Below are positions 8,447 to 18,800 of a DNA stretch of 64,000 bases, in pieces; the first letter of the stretch is position 1, and each line of letters starts with the position of its first letter. Location: NCBI GenBank assembly GCA_044223005.1, contig JBGAML010000006.1, positions 32,001-96,000 of the forward strand. Reading direction: 5' to 3'. Position numbers and translations under genes: made by a program. Source of the stretch: Candidatus Eiseniibacteriota bacterium (GTDB lineage: Bacteria > Eisenbacteria > RBG-16-71-46). The notes under the pieces are model-generated. The model saw nothing but the letters and a program-made list of their open reading frames with translations, searched no databases and was not told where the DNA came from.

Positions 8447-11140
8447 CTAGGCGGCGCGGGCGAACGGCTCGCCGTCCTCCTCCTCGTCGTCGTCGGCCGC
8501 CTCGTTCTCGCGGCCGCCGTTCGCGGCCTCGATCACGCGCGTCGTGAGTTCGCGCTCCTCGCGCAGGTTGTCGATCGTGGCCTGCGCCTGCCGCAGCAGG
8601 AACTGCAGCGAGCCGGTCTTCTCGACCGCCTGGTCCACGAGCGCCTTCTGGCCCTGCAGCGCCTCGATGCTCGAGCGGACGTCGACCAGCAGCGCCTCGG
8701 CGCGCGCGAGGCGCCCCTCGGCCTTCGCCATCTGCCGTTCGCGTTCCTCGATCGCCGAGGACGTCTCCTGCACGTCGCGCAGCTTGCCGGTCACCTCCAC
8801 GAGCATCGCGCGGCTCTCCTCGATGCTGCGGCGGGCCGACGTGATCTCGCGCACCTGCGACGCCGTCTGCTCGGCCATCTCGAACATGTGCTCGAGATCG
8901 GCGCCGAGCGACGACACCGTGTTCTGGCGCGACACGATCTGTTCGAGCGAACGGGCCACGTCCTGCTCGACGAGGTCCCACTTGGCCAGGCGCGCTTCGA
9001 ACGCGGCCAGCCGCTCGTGCACGGTGAGGAAGTGCGCGGCGCGGTCCTCGAGCTTGGCCGACATGGCATCGACCTCGGCGGCGCGCTTCTGGGCGCCGGC
9101 CACCGTCTCGCCGAGCTTCTTGGAGAGCTGTCCGAGCTGCTGCGCGGCGTTCGCCGACTCCTGCCGCAGCGTCGACGCCTTCTCGAGCTGCGCCGCGGCC
9201 TCCTCGAGCGAGCGCTGCCGCTGCTCGGTCTCGGCCTTGAGCGCGCGCGCCTGCTCGGCCAGCGCCTCGATCGCGTCGCAGCGCGACTCGGCTTCGGCCG
9301 CCGTGCGCGCCGCCTGCTGCACGCGCCGTTCGGCCTGTTCGACGCCCGCGGTGACCTCCGCGATCGTCTTCGCGATCAGGTCCGCCTCCTCGGAGTGCTC
9401 GCCCAGCGCGACGAAGCGCTGCTCGGCGGCGTCGACGCGGCTCTTCAGCGCCTGCTCGCGCTCGTCGAGACGCGCCGTCAGCGCCTCGAGCTCCGCCATG
9501 CGGCGGTGCATGTTCTCGACCGACTCGCGCCGGGCCTCGATCGCGTCCATGGACTCCTGGATGCGGTGCGCCTGGCGCTGCACGACGTCGATCGTGGGCG
9601 CGAGGTTGCGCAGGTCGGCGACCTGCTCGCGCATGTTCTGCAGCGAGCGCTCGACGTCCGCGAGCCACGTGCGCGTCTCGGTGTTCTCGCCGAGGATGCG
9701 GGCGATCTCCTGGCGCGCCGTCGTGGCCTGCTCGAGCGTGTCGCGCACCAGCGCGTGCGCGCCGGCGAGGTGCTCGAGGTCGCGTAGGGCGTTGTCCACC
9801 TGCGGCCGCGCGTTCTGCAGCTCCTGCACCGACTGGCCGAGCGTGCGCGCGGACTGCTGCGCCTGTTCGAGCTCGCGGCGCATCGCCCGCAGCTGTTCGA
9901 CGTCCTTGCCGACGGTGGTGAGCTCCTGCGCGAAGCCGGACAGCTGCGTGCCGATCGACTGCGTCCGCGACGCCAGCTCGGCGACGGTCTGGCCGGACTC
10001 GGCGAGGCCCTTGAAGCGGTTCTCGAAATCCGTGACGGAACCGCGCAGGTCGGTGATGCGCTGGCTCACCGACTCGAGGCCGCGGTTCTCGAAATCGAAC
10101 CGCTCGACGGCCTTGCGGTATTCGTCCTGCATCGCCTGCAGCTCGTGGCGCGCCTCGCGGGCCCGCTCGTCGGCTTCGCGCTGCAGTTCCTGGATCTCGT
10201 TCGAGCGGTTGAGCACCGACTCGTGCAGCGACTGCAGTGCCTCGACCTCGCCCTGCAACGAGTTCAGCGCCTTCTCGTTCTCGAGCTGCTGCCGGACGCC
10301 GGAGTCGATGCGACGCATCACCTGGTCCAGCTGCGAGGCCTGGCCGAGCGCGCGCTCGACGGACTCGCGCTGCGCTTCCAGCGCGGCGCTCTTCTGGCCG
10401 ACGAAGTCACCCAGCGCCTTGAGCGCGCCGAGGTCGCGGCGCAGCTGCTCCATGCCGGCCTGCGCGCCGTCGAGCGTCTTGACCGCACGTTCGACGCTGG
10501 CCACGCGGCGCTCCTTGTCCTGCATGTCGCGGCTCAGCTCGTCGCGGCGCCGGTCGAGCGCCTCCATCTTGGTGAGCGCGAGCTTGTGCGCGTCCTGCAG
10601 GCGGTCCTGCTGCTCGCGCACGCGCGACAGCTGGTCGCCGGCGGTGTCGAACTGCGAGCGCAGGGTCTCCGCTTCGCCGCGGAGCTGGTGGAAGGGCTTC
10701 TCGATCTCGAGGAACGACTGCAGCTGCTCCTTGAGCGAGTGCGCGCCTTCGATGCGCTGGCGCATGTCTTCGAACTCGGTCTTGATCTTCTGCGAGTCCT
10801 CGAGCGCACCCGTCAGGCGCTCCTCGGCCCACGTCTGGCTCTGGGAGATCGCGGCGGCGCGCTCCTCGAGGTTCTCGTAGAGACCGGAGATCTGGACGAG
10901 GTTCTCGACCCGCGCCTCGATCGCCGCGATGCGTTCGGCGACGACGTCCACGTCGGTGGTCGCCTTGGCGATCGGTTCACCGAGGCCCGCGAGCTGCCCG
11001 ACGGCCTCCTGGATCCGCGAGAGCAGCGCCTCGTGGCGGTTGCGCTCGGCCTGCAGCTGTTCGAGGAGGCCGCGCAGTTCGTCGGCGACCTCACGGTCCT
11101 TGGTGCCGTTCCCGAGCAGGTTCTTGAGCAGGGGGGCCAC
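8447..11140 (-). CDS. Long all-coiled-coil protein (897 aa), function unknown
   Basis: Continuous heptad-like E/Q/R/L/A composition; no Walker motif, TM segment or signal peptide; AAGGAG RBS before GTG. Confidence 0.85.
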   Translation of the reverse strand: MAPLLKNLLGNGTKDREVADELRGLLEQLQAERNRHEALLSRIQEAVGQLAGLGEPIAKATTDVDVVAERIAAIEARVENLVQISGLYENLEERAAAISQSQTWAEERLTGALEDSQKIKTEFEDMRQRIEGAHSLKEQLQSFLEIEKPFHQLRGEAETLRSQFDTAGDQLSRVREQQDRLQDAHKLALTKMEALDRRRDELSRDMQDKERRVASVERAVKTLDGAQAGMEQLRRDLGALKALGDFVGQKSAALEAQRESVERALGQASQLDQVMRRIDSGVRQQLENEKALNSLQGEVEALQSLHESVLNRSNEIQELQREADERAREARHELQAMQDEYRKAVERFDFENRGLESVSQRITDLRGSVTDFENRFKGLAESGQTVAELASRTQSIGTQLSGFAQELTTVGKDVEQLRAMRRELEQAQQSARTLGQSVQELQNARPQVDNALRDLEHLAGAHALVRDTLEQATTARQEIARILGENTETRTWLADVERSLQNMREQVADLRNLAPTIDVVQRQAHRIQESMDAIEARRESVENMHRRMAELEALTARLDEREQALKSRVDAAEQRFVALGEHSEEADLIAKTIAEVTAGVEQAERRVQQAARTAAEAESRCDAIEALAEQARALKAETEQRQRSLEEAAAQLEKASTLRQESANAAQQLGQLSKKLGETVAGAQKRAAEVDAMSAKLEDRAAHFLTVHERLAAFEARLAKWDLVEQDVARSLEQIVSRQNTVSSLGADLEHMFEMAEQTASQVREITSARRSIEESRAMLVEVTGKLRDVQETSSAIEERERQMAKAEGRLARAEALLVDVRSSIEALQGQKALVDQAVEKTGSLQFLLRQAQATIDNLREERELTTRVIEAANGGRENEAADDDEEEDGEPFARAA

Positions 11141-11360
11141 GATCGTCTCCTTGTGTTCGATGATCGCTTCTCCCGTTCGTCCTCACGGGACGCCCGGGCG
11201 CGGCATGGGGTGTGTGACCCGGCTCCGTCGCGGCGCGCGGATCCGGTGCGAAAACGTGCGGCCGTCCGCCTGCAAGAGGCAGACCCCCTCGGGACATCAT
11301 TCGTGGCGCTGCGGTGCCCGCCCTTCCGGGCTCCGCCACGCGTTGCGAGGACGCCCGGAA

Positions 11361-11376
11361 TGCAAGACGCAAGCCG
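11361..11376 (-). promoter_or_regulatory. Sigma54-like -24/-12 element upstream of the coiled-coil gene
   Basis: Minus strand reads CGGCTTG-CGTC-TTGCA (GG-N10-GC with TTGCA). Confidence 0.4.
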
Positions 11377-11563
11377 GAACCGGGCAATCCGAGACCCCAA
11401 GGGAGAGAATAGGTTGCGCCTGCGGGGGTTCCGGTGGGGTCGCCCGGTCGGTGGGAGCCGGCTGGATTCTCGCCGGAGGTCAGGCCGGACCGGGTCGAAA
11501 TCCGGCCGGAGCCGCCGTCACGGGGTGCCCGCCGAGCCTTCCCGCGGCTCGCCCCGGAACGCG

Positions 11564-11596
11564 CGCGGCCGGGACGCGTGAGGCGTCCCGGCCGCG
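11564..11596. terminator. 14-bp GC hairpin downstream of the OmpA-domain gene
   Basis: cgcggccgggacgc / gcgtcccggccgcg; no clear U-tract. Confidence 0.4.
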
Positions 11597-11613
11597 GCGG
11601 TCGGCTCGGTCGC

Positions 11614-12798
11614 TCACCGGCGCCGGTGCACGGTCCGGTGCGTGCGCTTCGCGGGCGCGACGTGCTTCGCCGGTGTCGCGCGGTGGGCGTTCTTGTCGCC
11701 CTCGAGCTGCAGGTCGCTCTCCTGGTCCTCGGCCTGGATGTCGCGGCCCTCGGAGTCCACAAACACCATTTCGACGCGCCGGTTGCGCGCGAAATTGGCC
11801 TTCGAGTCCTCGGTGACCTTGAGCTCGGACTTGCCCTTGAACGTGGTCGTGATCCGCGCCGGCGCGATGCCCAGCTCGCGCAGGTACGACGCCACCGAGT
11901 TTACGCGGTGGCTCGAGAGCCTGAGGTTGTACGCGACGCTCGCGCGCGAGTCGGTGTGACCCTCGAGCCGCACCGTGATGCTCGGGTACTTCGCCAGCAC
12001 CTTCACGACCCCGGCGATCACGTCCTTCGACGTCGCGCTCAGGTAGTACTTGTCGAGCGCGAAGTGCACGTTGCGCGGGATCCGCAACTCCTCGGCCGTG
12101 GGCGCCGCCGCCACCGGCGCGACGGGCTCCGACGGCGCGATCACCACGGGCGCCGGCTTCGGCGCCTCGACCACGATCGGCTTCGGCTCGGCGTTCACGG
12201 GCTGGCAGGCGGCGACCAGCGCACGTGCTTCGTCGAGCGCCTTCTCCGCGGCCGCGAGATGCGGCGAGGCCTGGCAGTCGCCCAGCAGGACCTGCTCGTG
12301 CCCGGCGTAGAGGAGCTCGACCTCGGCGTGAGCGAGCGGACGCTGCGCGCACGGGAAGCCGTCGCCGTGCTTCATGGCTTCGAGCGCGTCCCAGAGATCG
12401 GGACGCACCTTCGTGCTGCCGGGAAGGATGCCGCCGGTGGGGACGTCGCCGGGTGCCAGCGGCCGCCGATCGCGCTCGACGGCATCGGCGAGGCTCTCGG
12501 CTTCCGCGTAGGCGGCGGCCGTGAACCCGGTGGGATCGTCGTCGAGGTAGGCGGTGCCCGCGGCCACGAGCATGTAGTGGGCGCGCACGGTCCGCCATTC
12601 GAGCGGGTCGCCGGCCGAAACGGCGCGGGCCTGAACCGAGTCGATTCGCGCGAGATCCCGCGCGATCGCCTCATCCGTGATGCGCTGGCGCAGCGGCGTG
12701 AGCCCCGCCGCGCTCGCGGGAATCGCGAGCACCGCGGCGAGGGAGACGAGCCCCGAGACGGCCAGGGCGGCGAGCGTGACGTGTGCAGTGCGGTTCAT
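11614..12798 (-). CDS. OmpA C-terminal (peptidoglycan-binding) domain protein with helical N-domain and no beta-barrel
   Basis: Signal peptide; VHFALDK, LEGHTDSRAS..YNLRLSSHRVNSV, ARNRRVE; begins 14 nt after the giant gene's stop, with GAGG RBS. Confidence 0.9.
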   Translation of the reverse strand: MNRTAHVTLAALAVSGLVSLAAVLAIPASAAGLTPLRQRITDEAIARDLARIDSVQARAVSAGDPLEWRTVRAHYMLVAAGTAYLDDDPTGFTAAAYAEAESLADAVERDRRPLAPGDVPTGGILPGSTKVRPDLWDALEAMKHGDGFPCAQRPLAHAEVELLYAGHEQVLLGDCQASPHLAAAEKALDEARALVAACQPVNAEPKPIVVEAPKPAPVVIAPSEPVAPVAAAPTAEELRIPRNVHFALDKYYLSATSKDVIAGVVKVLAKYPSITVRLEGHTDSRASVAYNLRLSSHRVNSVASYLRELGIAPARITTTFKGKSELKVTEDSKANFARNRRVEMVFVDSEGRDIQAEDQESDLQLEGDKNAHRATPAKHVAPAKRTHRTVHRRR

Positions 12799-12812
12799 GT
12801 TCCCTCACCTCC

Positions 12813-15800
12813 TCACTTGCGACCGAGGCCGAGCGTGGCCTCGTCGAACTTGAAGCCCATCTGGACGTACGGGCCGCGATCGCTGCGATCGAGCCCCAGC
12901 CCGTCGTCCTGGAACCCGAACACGTTCCACCCGAGCGCGCCGCGCAGGCCACGCGCGAGCCCGATGCCGACCTCGCCGCCGGCACCCCAGCGCTTCTGTC
13001 CGCCGGTGCCCGAGAGCACGCGGCCGGCGAAGCCAGCGTCGAAGCGGCGCGTGAGGTCCACGAGCGCGCGGCCGCCCAGCAGTTGCGTGGTCGTCCGCAG
13101 GTCGTTGCCTGGGCTGCGGTCGCGCAGCCACTTCGCCGCGACCTGGCCCGAGAGCGTCCAGCGGACCGCGGGCTTCACGTTGACGTCGGCGCGGACTACG
13201 TTCGTCGTCCGGCGCGAGGCCGACGAGCCGACGTCGCCGTTGCCCTCGTACTGCCGCTGCCAGCGCGCGAGCCCGTTCACCCGGTTGGCGTCGGTCTGGC
13301 GGTAGGCGAGCCCGACCTGCGTCTCGTAGCGGCGCGCCGTCGCCTCGTCGAACGGCGTGCCGAGCCATGTCAGCCGGCCGAGCGTCGACCAGTCGCGGTC
13401 CAGCTTGCGGCTCGCGCCCAGCGTCGCGAGCCACTGGTCGGCGTCGCCTGCGTCCCGGACCTCGACACGGGCGGTGCCCTTCCAGAGCGGATCGCCCGTC
13501 CACTCGACGCCGCTCGTGACGCTGGTGCTGGGACTGCCGCCCGCACCCGGGCCTTCCAGCACGCTCAGCCGCTCGAACGACGCGTCCACCCGCACGCCCG
13601 GCGCGACCGCCCAGCGATTGCGGACGCCGAACGCCGCCTGCGCGTCCCGGCCCGCGAACGCGTCGCGGGCGCGGTACTCGGTGAACACCTGGCCGTCGCG
13701 CAGCTCGTCGCTGGCGATCCCGATCACCGTGTGCGCCTGCTGCTGCGCCGTGTTGAGCGCGAAGGGCCCGGCGAACGACGCGATGTTCTCGTGCTGCGCG
13801 TAGAGCCGCGTCCGCGCGGCGACGCGGGCGTCGGCGCCCACGGCCCAGCGCTTCTGCGTGGACTGGTCGAGGTCCTCTTCCAGTTCGAGGAACGCCGAAC
13901 CGTGGACCTTGTCGGGCAGGGCGGCCGTGACGCGGCCGCGCACACTGCTCGCCTGGTTCGGGGCCGCGCCCGCGGTGAGCGGCGATGCGGGCGTGCTCGT
14001 CTCCTCGGCGTTCCGGTACGCGAACTCGGCCGTGACGCCGTCGCCCAGCGTGCGGGAAGCGCCCAGCTCGAAGCCGGTGCGCCGCCCGTGCGTGACGAGG
14101 TCCTCGGTGCGCAGCGCGTTCAGGAACGCGTGCGTGCGCGTGCCGAGCGGCAACGTCGCGTTCGCGCCCCATTCGGCCCGGCCGGCGCCGGTGCCAGCGG
14201 AAGCATTGTCGAATGTGCCGTCCACGCGCGAGGCGAACGCCTTCGCACGGAAGTCCGTGCGATCGATCGCGAGTTCGCTCCGCCACGCGGCGCCGTGACG
14301 GTCTCCCGCGAGGAACGTGCTGCCGGAGTCGCTGCGCGCGGCCTCGGCGGCGAGCCTCAGGCCCGCGACCGGCGTCCACGCCGCATCCACGCTCGCGAGG
14401 TTGGCCGGCTTCGCCGGATCCTCGTCGCGGCTGGCCGCCGCACCCAGCGTCAACGCCGCGGTGGGCTTGACGGTCGCGCCGCCGCCGAACGTCCAGTACG
14501 CGTCCCCGACGCTTTCGGCCTCGTACGTCACGCGCACGGAGACCGGGTTCAGGTCCACGTCGACGCCGGGCACCGGCTGGCGGAACAGCAGCCGGCCCGT
14601 GAACGGCTCGACCGTGTAGTCGGCGAAACGCACCATCGCCCGGCGCGAGAGGATCCGCGACGGCTGGTTGCGGTCGCGCGTCACGATCTCGACCTGCTCG
14701 CTGCCGAGCGTGCCGTCGCTGCGCGAGAGCGTGTACGGGCCCGAGACGCCGAGGCCCGGCAGCTCGTCCACCACTTGGTGCGAGCGGCCCTGCGTGGCGA
14801 ACGCGTCCGCCTGCACGCGGCCATCGCCCAGGTGCGTGACGGCGCCGTTGATGCTGCGCTGGAACGCGCCGAGCTGCTGACCCGTGTGCATCGGGGTGGT
14901 GAAATCGCCGAACTGCGCGAACGACGCCTGGCGGTCGACGCGCAGGTAGAGCCGCGAGTCGCTCGGTGCGTTCCACTCGTGCACCGACGCGTCACCCACG
15001 AGGTCGTAGCCCTCGAACGGACGGATGTCGCGGAACATGCGCCGCTCACGATCGCTCTCGGTGTCGTAACGGCCGGTGAGCGTCGCGCCGTGGCCCACGT
15101 CACCCGTGACGTAGACCGCGCCGCGGCCGCCGGAGTGCGAACCGCCCTCGTCCGACCAGCCGCCCACGTCCTGCAGCGCTTCGGTGAAGCCGTCGGTCGC
15201 GATGCCGGGCGTGTCGCCGAACTTCGACGAATGCCAGTCGATGCGCGCGTCTATGAGTCCCGAGACGAGCAGCGGGTGAGAGGCGGGGATGAAGTGGACG
15301 ATGGTGCTGTCGGAGACGTCGCCGGACGTCGTGCGGACCATGGCATCACCCGGGCGAGCGGGCGGAAGGAACCAGAAGTCTCTGCCCACGAGGGTCTGAA
15401 CACCTGGGGCGATTGGATCGAGATCGCTCGACGTGAAGCGTCCAGCGGTCGTTTCGATCGTAATACGAGTTCCGGGTTCCCACGCGGGCCTTGGCAGGAA
15501 TCGGAGCAACGTCTTGCCGTCGCCGGGAACCACGTAGCCGGTCGAATCGGTGCGAAGGTGGTACATCGGGATGGTGGAATAGTCCTTGCCGCTGGAATCA
15601 TCTGCGAAGGGACGGGGCAGGACCACCGCGGTCGATGAGTTTCCCAGATCCTCGAAGACGCCTCGGCCGACTGCTTCCCAGCGATAGGACGGCACGAGAT
15701 GCCCTTCGCGCGTGGCCGCTGTGACGTGCAGCAAACCGAATTCCGCGAAGGGATCGGCGGCTTGCGTGACCTCGCCTTGGGTACGGCGATGACGAACCAC

Positions 15801-18800
15801 GTCTCGCACGTGATCGTCGCCCGACACCTCGCGGAAGTCCGCTCGGTAGAGCTCGCCCGCGTGCAGGTCCACGAAGCGCGAGTGCGCCGCGCCGGCCGTG
15901 CGCGTGCCCTCGTCGGCCAGGACGGCGCCGGCGGGCAGCGTGGTCTCGTCGACGCGGATCACGTGCAGCCGCGGCGCGACGTGGTTGAACGAGTACTTGC
16001 CTTCGACGTCGGTGATCGCCGCGGTGCCGTCCTCGAGCAGCACGCGCACGCCGGGGATGCCGGTGTTCTCGGCGCCCTGCGTGCCGTCCGCGGGGCAGTT
16101 GCAGTCCACGTAGAGCTTGCCCGCGATGATGCCGTCGTCCGAGAACGGCCCGCTCTTCACCTGTACCTTCGCGGCGGCGACGGCCGACGCGTAGAGCAGG
16201 CCGCCGGGTGCGGGCGCCTGCGCGATGGCGGTGTTGACGCCCGTGCCGAGCCCGGCGCCTGCGCCGACCACGACACGGTAGCGGAGCGTGACGGGACGGT
16301 TCGCGGGCACGTCGCCGACCGTGAAGTCGAGCTGCGGTCCGGGCGATCCGGTCGGGTCGGCGACCTTCTGGCCGTCGACGCGCACCGTGCCCGACACGTA
16401 GCGGAAGCCGGCCGGCAGGTGGTCGAGCACGTGCGTGTCGCTCGCGGTGATCGCGCCCACGTTGCTCACGACGAGCGTGTAGTCCACGAGGCCGCCGAGT
16501 TCGGCGGTCGTGGGCGACGCGGTCTTGGTGAGGCCGAGCGCTACCGCGACGCCGCCTGCGACACTGGCGGTGTCCGCGTCGGCGTTGTTCGAGAGGTTGA
16601 CGTCGCCGGGAGTGCCGGCCGTGACGGTGTTCACGATCCGGTCGGGCGCGGGGTCGTTGAGCTGCGCCACGATGTCGAACGTGGCGCTGTCACCGGGGGC
16701 GATGACCCCCGCGTAACTGGCGATGAGCCGGCCCGAGTTGCCGTACGGCTGCACGATCTCGATGGAGTTGAACACCCAGCCGGCACCACTGGCCACATAA
16801 GAGCGGACGCCCGCGGGAATGTCGTCGGTGACGACCGTCGTGCCGCCCGTGGGGGCAGCACTCACGTTCCGGACCACGATGTGCCACGACGCGGGCTGCC
16901 CGGCCGTGAACGCCACCGTGTGCCGCTTGTCCACCGCGATGTCGGGCGCGCCGGTGACGCCGGTCGGGTCGCTGTCGCGGTCGTTGGTGGGATTGCCGTC
17001 GTCGAGCGCCGAGACGCTCGCGGAGTTGGTGACCGATGGTGCCGCGGCCGCGCCGACGAGCACGTTGATCGTGAAGAGGAGCGAGTCGCCCGCGGCGAGC
17101 GGCCCGGGATTCGTCGCGGTGACGACGGCACCGCTGGTGCCGAACGTCCAGCCGCTGCCGGCCGCCGAGGCGTACGTCAGCCCCACGGGCAGCGTGTCGC
17201 GCACGGTGATCGTGCCGTTCTCGGGGAGCGTGCCCACGTTGCGGACGACGAACGTGTACGACTGCGTCGTGCCCACGGAGAACGTCCCGCTGTGGCGCTT
17301 GTCGAGCGTGAGATCGGGGTAGCCGCTCACGGGGCTCGTGCTCGCGCCGCGATCGTTGGCGGGATTCGTGTCGCCGCCGCCGCTCACGCTGGCGTGGTTG
17401 GTGACGCTGGGCGCGGCGGCCGCGCCCACCGCGACCGTGAGCGTGAAGAATGCGGAGTCGGCGACCGCGATCGGCGCGAGGAACGTGCCCGCCACGACGG
17501 CGCCGCTCGCGTTCACGACCCAGCCGGCGCCGGCCCCGCTGACGAACGCGAGCCCCGCGGGCAACGTGTCGCGTACGGTGACGATTCCGGTCGTCGCGAT
17601 CGTCCCGACGTTGCGGAGCGAGAGCCGATAGGTGGCGTTGGCACCCACGGCGAACGCGCTGGCGTTGCTCTTGACCAGCGCGACGTCGGGGACGCCGGCG
17701 ACCGTCGCGGGATCGCTGTCCACGTCGTTGCCCGGCACCGGATCGGTGCCGTTGGAACTCACGCGAGCGCGGTTGGTGACGCTCGGGAACGCCGCGGCGT
17801 CCACGGCCACGGCGAGCGTGAAGCTCGCCGAGTCGCCGGCGGCGATCGGCGCGGCGTGCGTCGCGACGACGATGCTGCCGCCGACGCTGAACAGCCAGCC
17901 CGTGCCGGCGCTGCTCACGTAGCTGAGACCGGCCGGCAGCGTGTCGCGCACCGTGACCTGGCTGCCGCTCGCCGCGGAACCGACGTTGGTCACCACGAAC
18001 GTGTATCCGGCGTTGCCGCCGACCGTGAACGTGCTCGCATGACGCTTGTCGAGCGCGAGGTCGGCCAGGCCCGCAACCGTGGTGGGATCGCTGTCGCGGT
18101 TGTTGCTCGTGCTGGTGTCGCCGCCACCGCTCACGGTGGCGCTGTTCGTGACGCTGGGGACGGCGGCCGCCGCGACGGAGACGGTCAGCGTGAAGCTCGC
18201 GGAGTCACCGGCGGAGATCGGGCCGGGGTTGGTCGCGGTGACGACCTGGCCCGCGGCGCCGACGGTCCATCCGGCGCCCGTGCCGCTCACGAACGCGAGC
18301 CCGGTGGGCAGCGTGTCGCGCACGGTGATCGTGCCCGCGCTCGCCGCGGAACCGACGTTCGTCACCACCAGGGCGTAGGTGCCGTTGCCGCCCAGCACGA
18401 AGCCCGTCGTGTGGCGCTTGTCGACGGTGAGATCGGGAGCGCCGGCGATCGTGGTGGGATCGCTGTCGCGGTTGTTGCTCGTGCTGGTGTCACCGCCACC
18501 GCTCACGGTGGCGCTGTTCGTGACGCTCGGCACGGCGGCCGCCGCGACGGAGACGGTCAGCGTGAAGCTCGCGGAGTCCCCGGCGGCGATCGGGCCGGGG
18601 CTCGTCGCGGTGACAATCTGGCCCGCGGCGCCGACGGTCCAGCCGGTACCGGTGCCGCTCACGAACGCGAGCCCCGCGGGCAGCGTGTCGCGGACGGTGA
18701 TCGTGCCGCTGGTAGCCGCCGAGCCGACGTTGCGCACTACGAGCGTGTAGGTGCCGTTCGCGCCGACGCTGAAGTTCGCGGTATGGCGCTTGTCGATCGT

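Noticed and set aside
8447..11140. SMC/Rad50 or defence-system (Wadjet-like) ATPase
   Set aside because: No Walker A/B, signature motif or hinge, and no partner genes nearby
15250..15790. Diversity-generating retroelement variable region
   Set aside because: No template repeat or reverse transcriptase seen in the window
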